Shown here in pieces: positions 20,957 through 35,583 of a stretch of 64,000 bases of DNA. The DNA is taken from the NCBI RefSeq assembly GCF_988243305.1, contig NZ_OZ547136.1. One strand, 5' to 3'. Under the pieces are notes generated by a model. It was not told where the DNA came from and searched no databases. It worked only from the letters and a program-made list of their open reading frames with translations. Made by a program: the position numbers and the translations under genes. Each line of letters opens with the position of its first letter. The stretch's first letter is position 1.

Positions 20957-21055
20957 CTACGGCGCATTGCCGACGACCACCACCACACGCACGACGACCA
21001 CTGCGGCGGATGGCGCAGTTGGTAGTAGTTTTGCGTTGAACATGGAAGTAGTCAT
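20957..21055 (-). CDS. ivbL: ilvB operon leader peptide
   Basis: Hand translation of minus strand: MTTSMFNAKLLPTAPSAAVVVVRVVVVVGNAP* (32 aa, Val/Leu-rich control codons). Confidence 0.85.
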   Translation of the reverse strand: MTTSMFNAKLLPTAPSAAVVVVRVVVVVGNAP

Positions 21056-21184
21056 TGGGGACCTTGTTGGTTTTGTGTTTAACAATATTTATACAAGCAC
21101 AGCTTTACAGGGGAGACAATGGAAAATTTTTCAGCAAGGGAAAATTGAGGGGTTGATCACGTTTTGTACTGAATTGCAGGTAAC

Positions 21185-21335
21185 AAAAAACCCCGCCGGA
21201 GCGAGGTTTCGTCAGTCGCCTGCGGCTGGTAACCGCAAAGCACACTGTATTATGTCAACACTGAAAGTATACGTGTTCCGCGCAGAACGCGCAATTTCGG
21301 CACGAATTTTGACGTATTTAGTGCATAGTTGAGTA
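21185..21335 (-). ncRNA. istR: istR antitoxin sRNA region (IstR-1/IstR-2), approximate
   Basis: Position divergent from and upstream of tisB, next to the LexA box; terminator-like hairpin ccucgcuccggcgggguuuuuu at ~21182..21206 on the minus strand. Boundaries inferred from the known locus layout, not from sequence identity. Confidence 0.4.
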
Positions 21336-21365
21336 TCGATCACAGTTTGCGTTTTGTCTAAATAT

Positions 21366-21385
21366 TACTGTTTATTTATACAGTA
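21366..21385. promoter_or_regulatory. LexA box (SOS operator) of the tisAB/istR-2 locus
   Basis: TACTGTTTATTTATACAGTA: perfect CTGT-N8-ACAG palindrome ~235 nt upstream of tisB. Confidence 0.7.
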
Positions 21386-21619
21386 AACTTCTATAATATC
21401 ACTGTACGCAATGTGTTATGTGGGGGCCGCATCGTTACCCGGCGCACTAAGTCCTGGCTGAAACGGGTGGTGCCGTCAGCGCCTTAACCCCGCGTGAGCA
21501 CACTGTGTTATGTCAACAAGCACAACGTTTCTCCTTGAGATACCGCGTGCACAACAGCTGGCAACAGGCAGCGGAAAGGTACGTCAGCTGGCAGTGCTCC
21601 TGAACCACAGGAGACGCGT

Positions 21620-21709
21620 ATGAGCCTGGTGGATATCGCCATTCTTATCCTCAAACTCATTGTTGCAGCACTGCAACTGCTTGATGCTGTTCTGAAATAC
21701 CTGAAGTAA
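21620..21709 (+). CDS. tisB: SOS-induced type I toxin TisB (small membrane peptide)
   Basis: Hand translation MSLVDIAILILKLIVAALQLLDAVLKYLK* (29 aa); too short for the ORF track; followed by an intrinsic terminator. Confidence 0.85.
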   Translation: MSLVDIAILILKLIVAALQLLDAVLKYLK

Positions 21710-21730
21710 TTCAGATTCAAGTCGCACTAA

Positions 21731-21758
21731 AGGGGAGCGGGTAACCGCTCCCCTTTTA
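21731..21758 (+). terminator. tisB intrinsic terminator
   Basis: AGGGGAGCGGgtaaCCGCTCCCCTTTTAT hairpin plus T-run. Confidence 0.65.
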
Positions 21759-21988
21759 TATTTAGCGTGCGGGTTGGTGTCGGATGCGATGCTGATGCAT
21801 CTTATCCGCCCTACCATCCCTCCCGGCAACATTTATTGCCGCTTTTGTTTACATATTCTGCCGCTAAACAATTCCCCATTCCTGGCGTATATCTGGCTAA
21901 CATTTATCAATGTGATAGATTCCTCTCCCGCATTTATGGGAATGCGTAGTGACTTATTCTAATTATTTTTATAAAAGCATCCGTGATA

Positions 21989-23173
21989 ATGAAAAGGCAT
22001 AGAAACGTCAATTTGTTATTGATGTTGGTATTACTCGTGGCCGTCGGTCAGATGGCGCAAACCATTTATATTCCAGCTATTGCCGATATGGCGCGCGATC
22101 TCAACGTCCGTGAAGGGGCGGTGCAGAGCGTAATGGGCGCTTATCTGCTGACTTACGGTGTCTCACAGCTGTTTTATGGCCCAATTTCCGACCGTGTGGG
22201 TCGCCGACCGGTGATCCTCGTCGGAATGTCCATTTTTATGCTGGCAACGCTGGTCGCGGTCACGACCTCCAGTTTGACAGTATTGATTGCCGCCAGCGCG
22301 ATGCAGGGGATGGGCACCGGCGTTGGCGGCGTAATGGCGCGTACTTTGCCGCGTGATTTATATGAACGGACACAGTTGCGCCACGCTAACAGCTTGTTAA
22401 ATATGGGGATTCTTGTCAGTCCGTTGCTCGCACCGCTAATCGGCGGTCTGCTGGATACGATGTGGAACTGGCGCGCCTGTTATCTCTTTTTGTTGGTACT
22501 TTGTGCCGGTGTGACCTTCAGTATGGCCCGCTGGATGCCGGAAACGCGTCCGGTCGACGCACCGCGCACGCGCCTGCTTACCAGTTATAAAACGCTTTTC
22601 GGTAACAGCAGTTTTAACTGTTATTTGCTGATGCTGATTGGCGGTCTGGCCGGGATTGCCGCCTTTGAAGCCTGCTCCGGCGTGCTGATGGGCGCGGTAT
22701 TAGGGCTGAGCAGTATGACGGTCAGTATTTTGTTTATTCTGCCGATTCCGGCGGCATTTTTTGGGGCATGGTTTGCCGGACGTCCTAATAAACGCTTCTC
22801 AACGTTGATGTGGCAGTCGGTTATCTGCTGCCTGCTGGCTGGCTTGCTGATGTGGATCCCCGACTGGTTTGGCGTGATGAATGTCTGGACGCTGCTCGTT
22901 CCCGCCGCGCTGTTCTTTTTCGGTGCCGGGATGCTGTTTCCGCTGGCGACCAGCGGCGCGATGGAGCCGTTCCCCTTCCTGGCGGGCACGGCTGGCGCGC
23001 TGGTCGGCGGTCTGCAAAACATTGGTTCCGGCGTGCTGGCGTCGCTCTCTGCGATGTTGCCGCAAACCGGTCAGGGCAGCCTGGGGTTGTTGATGACCTT
23101 AATGGGATTGTTGATCGTGCTGTGCTGGCTACCGCTGGCGACGCGGATGTCGCATCAGGGGCAGCCCGTTTAA
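21989..23173 (+). CDS. emrD: MFS multidrug efflux pump
   Basis: ORF 21983..23173; start MKRHRNVNLLLMLV gives 394 aa; 12-TM MFS. Confidence 0.9.
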   Translation: MKRHRNVNLLLMLVLLVAVGQMAQTIYIPAIADMARDLNVREGAVQSVMGAYLLTYGVSQLFYGPISDRVGRRPVILVGMSIFMLATLVAVTTSSLTVLIAASAMQGMGTGVGGVMARTLPRDLYERTQLRHANSLLNMGILVSPLLAPLIGGLLDTMWNWRACYLFLLVLCAGVTFSMARWMPETRPVDAPRTRLLTSYKTLFGNSSFNCYLLMLIGGLAGIAAFEACSGVLMGAVLGLSSMTVSILFILPIPAAFFGAWFAGRPNKRFSTLMWQSVICCLLAGLLMWIPDWFGVMNVWTLLVPAALFFFGAGMLFPLATSGAMEPFPFLAGTAGALVGGLQNIGSGVLASLSAMLPQTGQGSLGLLMTLMGLLIVLCWLPLATRMSHQGQPV

Positions 23174-23180
23174 GCTCACG

Positions 23181-23678
23181 TCACCGCAGCATCGTCATCA
23201 GCTCCATGGGAGAACGATGCTGCTTTATCAGATCACGCATCACCCGCATATGCGGCGCAGAGTAAGAATAAAACGCCTGATAGCCCGCACAAAGCACGCT
23301 GTCTGGCGTCTCCTCCCGAGCGTGCGGACACAGCAGATGCCAGTCGCACGCCTGGCAGCCACGGCGCGGTTGCGGGTTTTCGCTGCCACACCATTTTTGT
23401 AATGTGGCGTCAAAAAGCTCAATCGAGATACGACTGATATCTGCCCGCACCCAACACTCAAACAGGGCAATTAAAAATTTCCCCCACAGCTCTGCTGTCA
23501 CCGAAGCGGCCGTCAGATCGCCCCGGTCATCAAATTCAAGATGGGGAATGAGCTGTACGGAGCGGATGCCCCGCTGTTTGAAATTGTGATAAAAATCGGC
23601 AGGTTGCAGAGCATCCTTATACTCTACAACCAGTTTATGCCTGTCCTCTTCAGCATCAATGACCTGACTTCCTGTCAT
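23181..23678 (-). CDS. yidF: YidF (Cys-rich, radical-SAM-maturase-like)
   Basis: 165 aa ORF in conserved emrD-yidFGH context. Confidence 0.75.
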   Translation of the reverse strand: MTGSQVIDAEEDRHKLVVEYKDALQPADFYHNFKQRGIRSVQLIPHLEFDDRGDLTAASVTAELWGKFLIALFECWVRADISRISIELFDATLQKWCGSENPQPRRGCQACDWHLLCPHAREETPDSVLCAGYQAFYSYSAPHMRVMRDLIKQHRSPMELMTMLR

Positions 23679-24037
23679 GCGACTCTCTCAATAAATACGA
23701 TAAGTTGATGTATATGCGTTACAGCAAACAGTATTGCGAGAGATAACACCGCGAGGGAGATCAAAAATTTGTCACGGACTACGTGAAATTGGGAAAAATC
23801 GCTATTCGTGACATCCATTAAATTGCGATTACGAGTGTAGTGCCAGAGGATCAGCGCCACGATGGCGAGGATGCCAATCGAAATCCAGAATAACATGCCC
23901 GCCTGGTGCCAGTTGTGTTTGATAGCCAACGCCATCAACGCGCCGTAGCCCAGCATGGTACGAAACCACGCCAGTGATGTGCGCTCCGGCTGCAGCCCTG
24001 GGTCGGCAATGCGTCTGGCTTTGCGGCTATCCGGCAT
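23675..24037 (-). CDS. yidG: Inner membrane protein YidG
   Basis: 120 aa hydrophobic ORF overlapping yidF and yidH ends. Confidence 0.75.
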   Translation of the reverse strand: MPDSRKARRIADPGLQPERTSLAWFRTMLGYGALMALAIKHNWHQAGMLFWISIGILAIVALILWHYTRNRNLMDVTNSDFSQFHVVRDKFLISLAVLSLAILFAVTHIHQLIVFIERVA

Positions 24038-24374
24038 ACAACACCAGTCCCATGACGATCACCGCCACGATCATCAATATTAAGCTGATGATTAATAAGC
24101 TGTTGGTATAGGGCAGGTCCTCTTTCAGACGCATCGCTTTTTCATTGCGTAACCAGCGCAAGTAGCCATACATCGCTAACCCGCCGGAAAACAGACACAA
24201 CAACAACGCCAGCAGTTCGCGAATGACGGGCGTGGCGAAATCTGGCGCAAGTTGGTCAAGCCCAACCCCCGCCGCCAGAAATCCTAGTGCGGTACGGATC
24301 CACGCCAGAAAAGTACGCTCATTAGCCAGCGAGAAGCGGTAATCGGGCGCTTCTCCGAGGCGGGAAATTTTCAT
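24027..24374 (-). CDS. yidH: Inner membrane protein YidH (DUF202)
   Basis: 115 aa membrane ORF, first gene of the yidHGF cluster. Confidence 0.75.
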   Translation of the reverse strand: MKISRLGEAPDYRFSLANERTFLAWIRTALGFLAAGVGLDQLAPDFATPVIRELLALLLCLFSGGLAMYGYLRWLRNEKAMRLKEDLPYTNSLLIISLILMIVAVIVMGLVLYAG

Positions 24375-24481
24375 TGTTGCTCCTTTGCAATTTCACTAAC
24401 GCTCTATCTTTAGCGGTTTTTTTAAGAATTTCGTCCGCCCGTTTCCTGATATGCTTTTGCCATCCGCTACAAGGAGGTCAG

Positions 24482-24931
24482 ATGGGTATCATAGCGCAAA
24501 CTAAAATCAGTTCATTGGGCATGCTGTTCGGTGCCATCGCTTTAATGATGGGGATTATCCACTTTTCATTCGGCCCTTTTTCCGCACCACCGCCAACGCT
24601 TGAAAGCATCGTGGCGGATAAAACGGCTGAAATTAAAAGAGGTCTTCTCGCCGGAATAAAAGGCGAAAAAATTACCACCGTGGAGAAAAAAGAGGACGTG
24701 GATGTCGATAAAATCCTCGATCAAAGCGGTATCGCACTGGCCATTGCTGCGCTACTTTGCGCATTTGTTGGCGGTATGCGTAAGGAAAATCGCTGGGGCA
24801 TTCGCGGCGCGCTGGTTTTTGGCGGCGGGACGCTGGCTTTCCATACCTTGCTTTTTGGTATCGGCATCGTGTGCAGCATTTTGCTGATATTCCTTATCTT
24901 TTCCTTCCTGACCGGCGGTTCGCTGGTTTAA
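24482..24931 (+). CDS. yidI: Inner membrane protein YidI
   Basis: Track ORF 24374..24931; start at MGIIAQTK is preceded by aaggaggtcag SD and gives 149 aa. Confidence 0.75.
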   Translation: MGIIAQTKISSLGMLFGAIALMMGIIHFSFGPFSAPPPTLESIVADKTAEIKRGLLAGIKGEKITTVEKKEDVDVDKILDQSGIALAIAALLCAFVGGMRKENRWGIRGALVFGGGTLAFHTLLFGIGIVCSILLIFLIFSFLTGGSLV

Positions 24932-24939
24932 GCAGCCTG

Positions 24940-24975
24940 AATAATGCCCGCCGGGTGATCATCAGCGGGCATTAT
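24940..24975. terminator. Bidirectional terminator between yidI and yidJ
   Basis: aataatgcccgc-cgggtgatcatca-gcgggcattat hairpin between convergent genes. Confidence 0.5.
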
Positions 24976-24977
24976 CG

Positions 24978-26471
24978 TCAGAACTTCTGTTTTTTCTCTT
25001 CCACCTTCACCACTTGTGTCGGTAGGCCGGTGTCATAGTCGCGTACTACTGGCGAATAGCCATCTTGTGGGCGTGGACGAAATGCCCCCATCCAGCGCGG
25101 CTGTGCATCTTTACGCCACGGACGCAGGCTCCATTGATAACTGCGGAACGGATCGCGAATTTTGTCCATGTAATCCAATAAGGCGTCATGCATTTTGCTG
25201 CGAACGTCGGCAAAACGGATATCATCGATCAGGTTATGCATTTCATTTGGGTCATTACGGCGATCGTAAAGTTCATCACTGGTGAAGAGGTTGAGTACCA
25301 GTTTAAAGTCATCCGTCACCCAGCAACGCACCGGAATAAAACCGCCAAAGCTGTCATGCTCAATCTCGTAGCGGTTAAATTCCACCATTACGCCGCGTGG
25401 CTCTGTCACGGCAAGGATATTTTCCCCCGGCAGAATCTCTGGTTTTTCAATATCTGCCAGCGCCATCATTGTCGGCAGTAAATCGATATGACTGACTGGC
25501 GTATCGACCTGTCGCCGCTCCCCTTGCGGCGAACGGATGATCAGCGGAATGCGGGTGATGTCGTCATACATCGCCGCCCCTTTACTGATCAGCTTATGTG
25601 CGCCCATCATTTCGCCGTGATCGGAGGTATAAATAACCCACGTATTTTCACGTTGCTCTGGCGTTAAGGCATTGATGACCCGTCCGATTTGGTCATCAAC
25701 AAAGTCATTACAGGCAAAATAGAGCGGATGGTGATAAAGCCCGTCATCACCGACTGGCGATGGCATCGCCTGCGCCCATAAGCGGTGATGTTCCGGTTTG
25801 TTAGCCAGGTCATCCTGTGCTTTCTCGCCCAGCTCGTAGTAAAAATCAGCGTATTTCTCTAAATACTCCACCGGACAGGTGAACGGGTGATGCGGCTCAT
25901 CATACGAAACCACCATCAGGAAGGGTTCCTCGGCGCGCGCGGGCTGTTGCAGAAAATCTACCGCCCGATTGCTGATGCGGTGCGCCCAGGTGAAGGTTTC
26001 GTCGATATGGTTCGCCTGTAAATCCTCAACGCTGTTTAGGCCATTGCGCCACAGGCTGATCTCTTTTTCCGTCAGTTCGCTAAGGTAGTTCGCCCCATCG
26101 AACCAGTAATCAGCGTCCCACTCCGGCGGACACTCGCCAGTGCCGAAATAGTCATGACCGTCGAGATGCCATTTGCCAATGTAACAGGTGTGATAGCCCG
26201 CATCCTTAAAGTAGCGCCCCATGGTGGAAATGTTTTTACCTGGCGCGACGTTGTTGGTCCACGGGCCGGACTGGTTAGCGTAGATACCGGTAAACAGCCC
26301 GGCGCGCGCTGGTGTACAAACCGGTGAACAGGTATAGGCGGAATTAAAGCGAATACTTTCCGCCGCCAGACTATCAATATTTTGCGTATTCAGCGGCTTA
26401 CCGCTATAGCAACCGACCATATTGGTGGCCTGGGTATCGGTCATGATGAACAGAAAATTGGGGCGTTTCAT
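24978..26471 (-). CDS. yidJ: Sulfatase-family protein
   Basis: 497 aa with sulfatase signature CSPVCTPARAGLFTG (C-x-P-x-R). Confidence 0.85.
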   Translation of the reverse strand: MKRPNFLFIMTDTQATNMVGCYSGKPLNTQNIDSLAAESIRFNSAYTCSPVCTPARAGLFTGIYANQSGPWTNNVAPGKNISTMGRYFKDAGYHTCYIGKWHLDGHDYFGTGECPPEWDADYWFDGANYLSELTEKEISLWRNGLNSVEDLQANHIDETFTWAHRISNRAVDFLQQPARAEEPFLMVVSYDEPHHPFTCPVEYLEKYADFYYELGEKAQDDLANKPEHHRLWAQAMPSPVGDDGLYHHPLYFACNDFVDDQIGRVINALTPEQRENTWVIYTSDHGEMMGAHKLISKGAAMYDDITRIPLIIRSPQGERRQVDTPVSHIDLLPTMMALADIEKPEILPGENILAVTEPRGVMVEFNRYEIEHDSFGGFIPVRCWVTDDFKLVLNLFTSDELYDRRNDPNEMHNLIDDIRFADVRSKMHDALLDYMDKIRDPFRSYQWSLRPWRKDAQPRWMGAFRPRPQDGYSPVVRDYDTGLPTQVVKVEEKKQKF

Positions 26472-28183
26472 AGGCTATCCTTCGCGTCGGGAGTAAAGGT
26501 TACGGCTGGGTCGTGACGATGCCGCCAGCTATCAAAAATCAGGTAGACAATCACTACGGCAGCGATGAAATAACTGATCATCGCTAACCAGCGCGTACCG
26601 TAGCCGCCGAATTCAGCCAGCCCGGCATAGACGCCAATCATCGCGAACAGGATGCCAATTGACGCGATCTTGACGTTTTTCCACGGTTTCATGTCCACCG
26701 CAAACGCATCGTTGAAGGTGAACGGCGTGGCGCGCGGTTTGATAAAACCGATCACCAGCATCACGACCACGTTGATGCAGAACGTACAGGCCAGCACATA
26801 GAGGAAATGGAAGTCGAACTTCACCAGATAGTTGATGGTGATGTAGCTGATTATGCCAATCCCCATCGCCATTTTTGCCGCCAGCGCCGGAATGCGCGGG
26901 AAGAAAAAGCCCATAATGATGATGGTAACCAGCGGCACGTTGTAAATACCGTTGAGCTGTTTCATCCAGCTATATAGCCCCTGCGGCGCGTTGGCGATCC
27001 ACGGCGCGACCAGCACCGAAACGATAGCGATAAAGAAACCAAATTTGCGCCCGACGGTGACCAGCTGCTGCGGCTCGGCATTCTGGTTAATGATGCGCCG
27101 GTAAATACCCATACTGAATAACGTACTGGCGCTATTCAGAAAGCCGTTGAAGGTACTGATCACCGCACCAAATAACACCGCGCCGAAGAAACCCACCAGT
27201 GGCACTGGCAGAACGTTATTGACCAGCGTCGGGTAGGCCATGTCGGCTTTAGGTAAATCCTGATACAGATGAAACGCAATCAACCCTGGCAGCACCAGTA
27301 CCAGCGGGTCGAGCATTTTCAGCACCGCCGTTAACAGCGCCCCCTTTTGCCCTTCCGCCAGGCTTTTTGACGCCAGTGTGCGTTGCACGATGCCCTGATT
27401 TGTACACCAGTAAAAGGTGTTCACCAGAATCAAACCGGTAAATGCCGCGCCAATCGGCAAGGGATCGGTCGGGCCGCCGACTGAGTTTAATTTCTCGGCG
27501 TGAACGGTGGTGAGTTGCTCAATGCCCTGCATAAAGCTGCCCTTGCCCATCGCGATCAGGCCAAATATCGGCACCATCAACCCGCCAATAACCAGCCCAA
27601 TACCGTTAATGGAGTCTGCCACTGCCATTGCGCGCAGTCCGCCGATCACCGCATACAAAATTCCCGCCATACCAAGCAAAATAACCAGTAGCCAGATCGC
27701 TGCGCCGTGGGAAATTTGTAACGATTCCCCGACGTGAAACAGGCTGTTGAGCGCCAACGCGCCGGAGTAGAGAACAATCGGCAGAAAGCAGACACCGGTG
27801 GCAATGAGGAAGCAGAAGTCGATGATAATACGCGTCGTTTTATCATAACGTTCCTCCAGGAAATCGGGGATGGTGGCAATGCCACGCTTCAGATAGCGCG
27901 GTAAAAAGATTAGCGCGAGGAAGATCAGCGTCACCGCAGAAGTGACTTCCCAGCCCATCACCGACATGCCGCTTTTGTAGGCCTGCCCGGAAAGTCCAAC
28001 CAGTTGTTCCGTGGAAAGGTTGGTTAGCATTAACGAAGCGGCAATAACCGGCGCTTTTAGTGAACGTCCGGCAAGAAAATAGCCTTGTTGCGATCCGGTA
28101 TCTGTTTTGCGGACCTTCCACCAGGTGATGACCGCCACCAGCAGCGTAAAACCGACAAAACTCAAGATTTGTAACGAATTCAT
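26468..28183 (-). CDS. yidK: Sodium:solute symporter (SSS family)
   Basis: 571 aa polytopic transporter, overlaps yidJ start. Confidence 0.85.
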   Translation of the reverse strand: MNSLQILSFVGFTLLVAVITWWKVRKTDTGSQQGYFLAGRSLKAPVIAASLMLTNLSTEQLVGLSGQAYKSGMSVMGWEVTSAVTLIFLALIFLPRYLKRGIATIPDFLEERYDKTTRIIIDFCFLIATGVCFLPIVLYSGALALNSLFHVGESLQISHGAAIWLLVILLGMAGILYAVIGGLRAMAVADSINGIGLVIGGLMVPIFGLIAMGKGSFMQGIEQLTTVHAEKLNSVGGPTDPLPIGAAFTGLILVNTFYWCTNQGIVQRTLASKSLAEGQKGALLTAVLKMLDPLVLVLPGLIAFHLYQDLPKADMAYPTLVNNVLPVPLVGFFGAVLFGAVISTFNGFLNSASTLFSMGIYRRIINQNAEPQQLVTVGRKFGFFIAIVSVLVAPWIANAPQGLYSWMKQLNGIYNVPLVTIIIMGFFFPRIPALAAKMAMGIGIISYITINYLVKFDFHFLYVLACTFCINVVVMLVIGFIKPRATPFTFNDAFAVDMKPWKNVKIASIGILFAMIGVYAGLAEFGGYGTRWLAMISYFIAAVVIVYLIFDSWRHRHDPAVTFTPDAKDSL

Positions 28184-28349
28184 CTCATAGCCCTTATTTA
28201 TGTTTATGTCCCGGACGCATGAATATAGGGAGAGGTAAAATGCGTCGGGTCAGGCAGTCAGATTCTTAAAATACAAACGTCGTATCCCTGAACGGATTGT
28301 TTTCTGTTAAGTTCAGGTTGTGAGCATAATTCGCCGGAGGGATATTAAA

Positions 28350-32178
<3,829 letters not shown>

Positions 32179-32473
32179 TTCCACATCCTCTTTTCTCAAT
32201 TCTGTAAGTAGGAAGCCTGATTGGTTATGCGGCAGGCCTGGAGCGAGGATAGGAAGATGCGATCGGCAGAACATGACGACCCAATGGGATTCGTGATCGC
32301 TTTCATGCTTTTCGTTGGGCGGTAGAGATCTACGTTTTCGCGAAAAAGTAGACATCTGTGAGCACTGGTACACAGCATCGAACACATCTTTAAAAAAAAG
32401 ATTTTTTTTCAATCGATTAAGCAGAACTTGTGGGCGCATTACCCGGGCTTGCAGGCAAAAAAGAGATCTAGAG

Positions 32474-33190
32474 ATGATCTACAAAAGCATTGCGGAGCGG
32501 TTAAGAATTCGACTTAACTCCGCGGATTTCACGCTAAACAGCCTTCTTCCCGGTGAAAAAAAGTTGGCGGAAGAATTTGCGGTATCGCGGATGACCATCC
32601 GTAAAGCCATTGACCTGCTGGTAGCGTGGGGGCTGGTGGTCCGCCGCCACGGTAGCGGCACTTACCTGGTGCGCAAAGATGTACTGCATCAAACCGCCAG
32701 TCTGACCGGGCTGGTGGAGGTGTTAAAACGCCAGGGAAAAACGGTCACCAGCCAGGTGCTGATTTTTGAAATCATGCCTGCGCCTCCGGCCATTGCCAGC
32801 CAGTTACGGATTCAAATCAACGAGCAGATCTACTTCTCCCGTCGCGTTCGTTTTGTGGAAGGGAAACCGCTGATGCTGGAAGACAGCTATATGCCGGTAA
32901 AACTGTTCCGCAACCTATCGCTGCAACATCTGGAAGGGTCGAAGTTTGAATATATTGAACAAGAGTGCGGGATTCTGATTGGCGGTAATTATGAAAGCCT
33001 GACGCCGGTGCTCGCCGATAGACTGCTGGCGCGGCAAATGAAGGTAGCGGAACACACGCCACTGCTGCGGATCACCTCGTTGTCATATAGCGAGAGCGGG
33101 GAGTTTTTGAATTATTCAGTGATGTTCAGAAATGCCAACGAATACCAGGTGGAGTACCATTTACGGCGACTCCACCCGGAAAAGAGTTAA
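32474..33190 (+). CDS. yidP: GntR-family (HutC subfamily) transcriptional regulator
   Basis: Track ORF 32315..33190; start at [10 protein letters not shown] gives 238 aa; N-terminal GntR HTH. Confidence 0.8.
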
Positions 33191-34848
33191 CCGATACTCC
33201 AGAAGAGCACCGCCAGTAATTGGGGGGTGATAATGCGCAGGAACATCACTAACGGATAGACAGTGGCGTAAGAGAGCGCCGCCGCACCGCTCGTTGGATG
33301 AAGATTATTAGCAAACGCCAGCGCCGGAGGATCGGTCATGGAGCCAGCCAGCATCCCGCACATGGTCAGGTAATTCATTTTGGCTAACATCCGCGCCAGA
33401 ATACCAACAGTAATCAGCGGAACGGCGGTGATCAGGGCCCCATAACCAATCCAGCTTAGCCCTTCGCCATTGACCAGGGTATTTACAAAATCCCCACCAG
33501 ATTTCAGCCCCACTACCGAGAGGAACAGTACGATCCCCAGCTCCCGCAGCGCGAGGTTGGCGCTTGGCGGCATAAACCAGTACAGCTTACCGATACTGCC
33601 GATACGCCCGAGGATCAACGCCATAATCAGCGGACCGCCCGCCAGCCCCAGTTTCAACGCGGCCGGGAATCCCGGCACAAAGACGGGAATAGAACCTAAC
33701 AATACGCCAAGCCCGATACCAATAAACACCGGCAACATCTGAACCTGTTGCAGTTTTTGCTGCGCATTCCCCAGCACATTGGCAACGGCATCAATTGCGG
33801 ACGGACGCCCCACCAGGTTGAGAATATCGCCGAACTGCAGGCTGATATCACCACTGGCGACCAGTTCGACCCCGGCACGGTTCAGGCGCGAGATAACAAC
33901 GTCATAGCGTTCTTTAAAGTGCAGGTCGCGAATACGTTTTCCGAGCACGTTTTCATTGGTGACCACCACACGCTCGACGCGCAAATCAGTGCCTTTCGTA
34001 GACAGCGAGGTATCGACCTCCTGACCAATCACCAGTTGCGCATTATGTAAATCCGCTGGCTGCCCCACCAGATGCAGCAAATCGCCCAGTTGGATAATGG
34101 TATCTGGCGAAGGTACTTTTAGGGTTTCTTCTCGTTTCAGACGCGAGCAGATAATTTTGTCGCCGTTGAGAATCGGTACATCTTTAATGGCTAAATCATG
34201 CAGGTTAGGATTCTCAACGCGAATATTGATAGTCCTGATCAGCGCGCCGCCATTGGTGCGTGAAGACTCGTGCTGCTGGGCTTCTGTCTCGACATTGACG
34301 CGGAAAATAACCCGCAACATCCACATGGTGAACAAAATCCCGCAAATGCCGAATGGATACGCCATCGCGTAACTCATCCCCATCTGATCGACCATTTCCA
34401 TTGGTGTACCCAGGTCGCGCAAGATCTGCTGCCCTGCCCCCAGTGCTGGCGTATTGGTTACCGCACCGGAGAAAATCCCCAGTACTACCGGCAGTGGAAT
34501 ATCAAACAGTTTATGCAGGATGGCGGTAACCAGACCACCGATGATGACGATCAGAACAGCAAACAGGTTGAGGCGTAATCCGGAGACGCGCAATGAGGCA
34601 AAGAAGCCCGGACCCACCTGAATCCCGATGGTATAAACGAACAGGATCAGGCCAAATTCCTGAATAACATGCAGCATATCGCTACTTAATGTCATCCCCG
34701 CCTGAGAAACAAAATGGCCGACGATGATCCCACCAAACAGCACGCCGCCAATACCTAATCCTATGCCGCGAAATTTGACGTTGCCGATAAACAAACCGAC
34801 GACTGCCACCAAAGCCAGAATACTGACCGTTAATGCTATATCACTCAT
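33187..34848 (-). CDS. yidE: Putative transporter YidE (AAE family, TrkA_C domains)
   Basis: Track ORF 33187..34872; start [14 protein letters not shown] gives 553 aa. Confidence 0.85.
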
Positions 34849-35002
34849 CGTCCATTTCTCTTGAGATAACATTTTAATTGCTACGGATTATGGCTGAATC
34901 GGTGAAGCAGATTTGCCTTATAGCGCACATTATCACGGGAAAGAACGTGCCGAAATATCTTAAACAGGCGAAAATTAACGCATTGTTGAAGAAGAAAGAC
35001 AA

Positions 35003-35030
35003 AAAAAGCCCCACCAGAATGGCGGGGCAA
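35003..35030 (-). terminator. ibpB intrinsic terminator
   Basis: Minus-strand gccccgccauucuggugggg followed by U-run, 14 nt past the ibpB stop. Confidence 0.5.
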
Positions 35031-35043
35031 AGAGAATAGCTAG

Positions 35044-35472
35044 TTAGCTATTTAACGCGGGACGTTCGCTGATAGCGATACGCTGCGCTGCGATGGGTTC
35101 AGGCTCATTACGAATTAAATCAATATGCAGTAAACCGTTTACGAAGGTTGCACCAGAGACTTCCATATTTTCAGCCAGCGTAAAGCTCAGGCTAAATGGC
35201 TGATTCATAAGCCCTTGATGCAGCCATTTTTTCTCTTCTTTTGGCTGCTCCGGCGTGCCTTTTACGCTCAGGCGCGTACCTTCCAGTTGAATCTCTAAAT
35301 CTTCCTGACGAAAACCTGCCAGCGCAAGGGTAATGCGGTAGTGGTTATCGTCGCTTTTCTCAATGTTGTACGGCGGGAAGCTCTGGCTTTCACCGGCGTT
35401 TTGCAGTGCGTTGGCCAGTTTGTCAAAACCGATCCATTGACGCATCAGTGGGGATAAATCGAAGTTACGCAT
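35044..35472 (-). CDS. ibpB: Small heat shock protein IbpB
   Basis: Start [19 protein letters not shown] gives 142 aa; alpha-crystallin domain; paralog of adjacent ibpA. Confidence 0.9.
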
Positions 35473-35583
35473 AGTCATTTCTCCTTCTAAGAAGCGAGTA
35501 AGTACCTGCAAATCCGAAGATTCGCATATGCTCCCTGACGGCGAGCATGGAGATGTCAGGCCGCGCAAGGCGGCCTTAGGGAA

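Noticed and set aside
21508-21832. Minus-strand ORFs 21508..21720 and 21584..21832
   Set aside because: Overlap tisB on the opposite strand; the locus is better explained by tisB plus the istR sRNA.
32179-32439. N-terminal extension of the PTS EIICB ORF (625-aa track version)
   Set aside because: The extension has no transporter-like sequence; the internal Met at 32178 with a gagga SD gives the expected ~538-aa EIICB.
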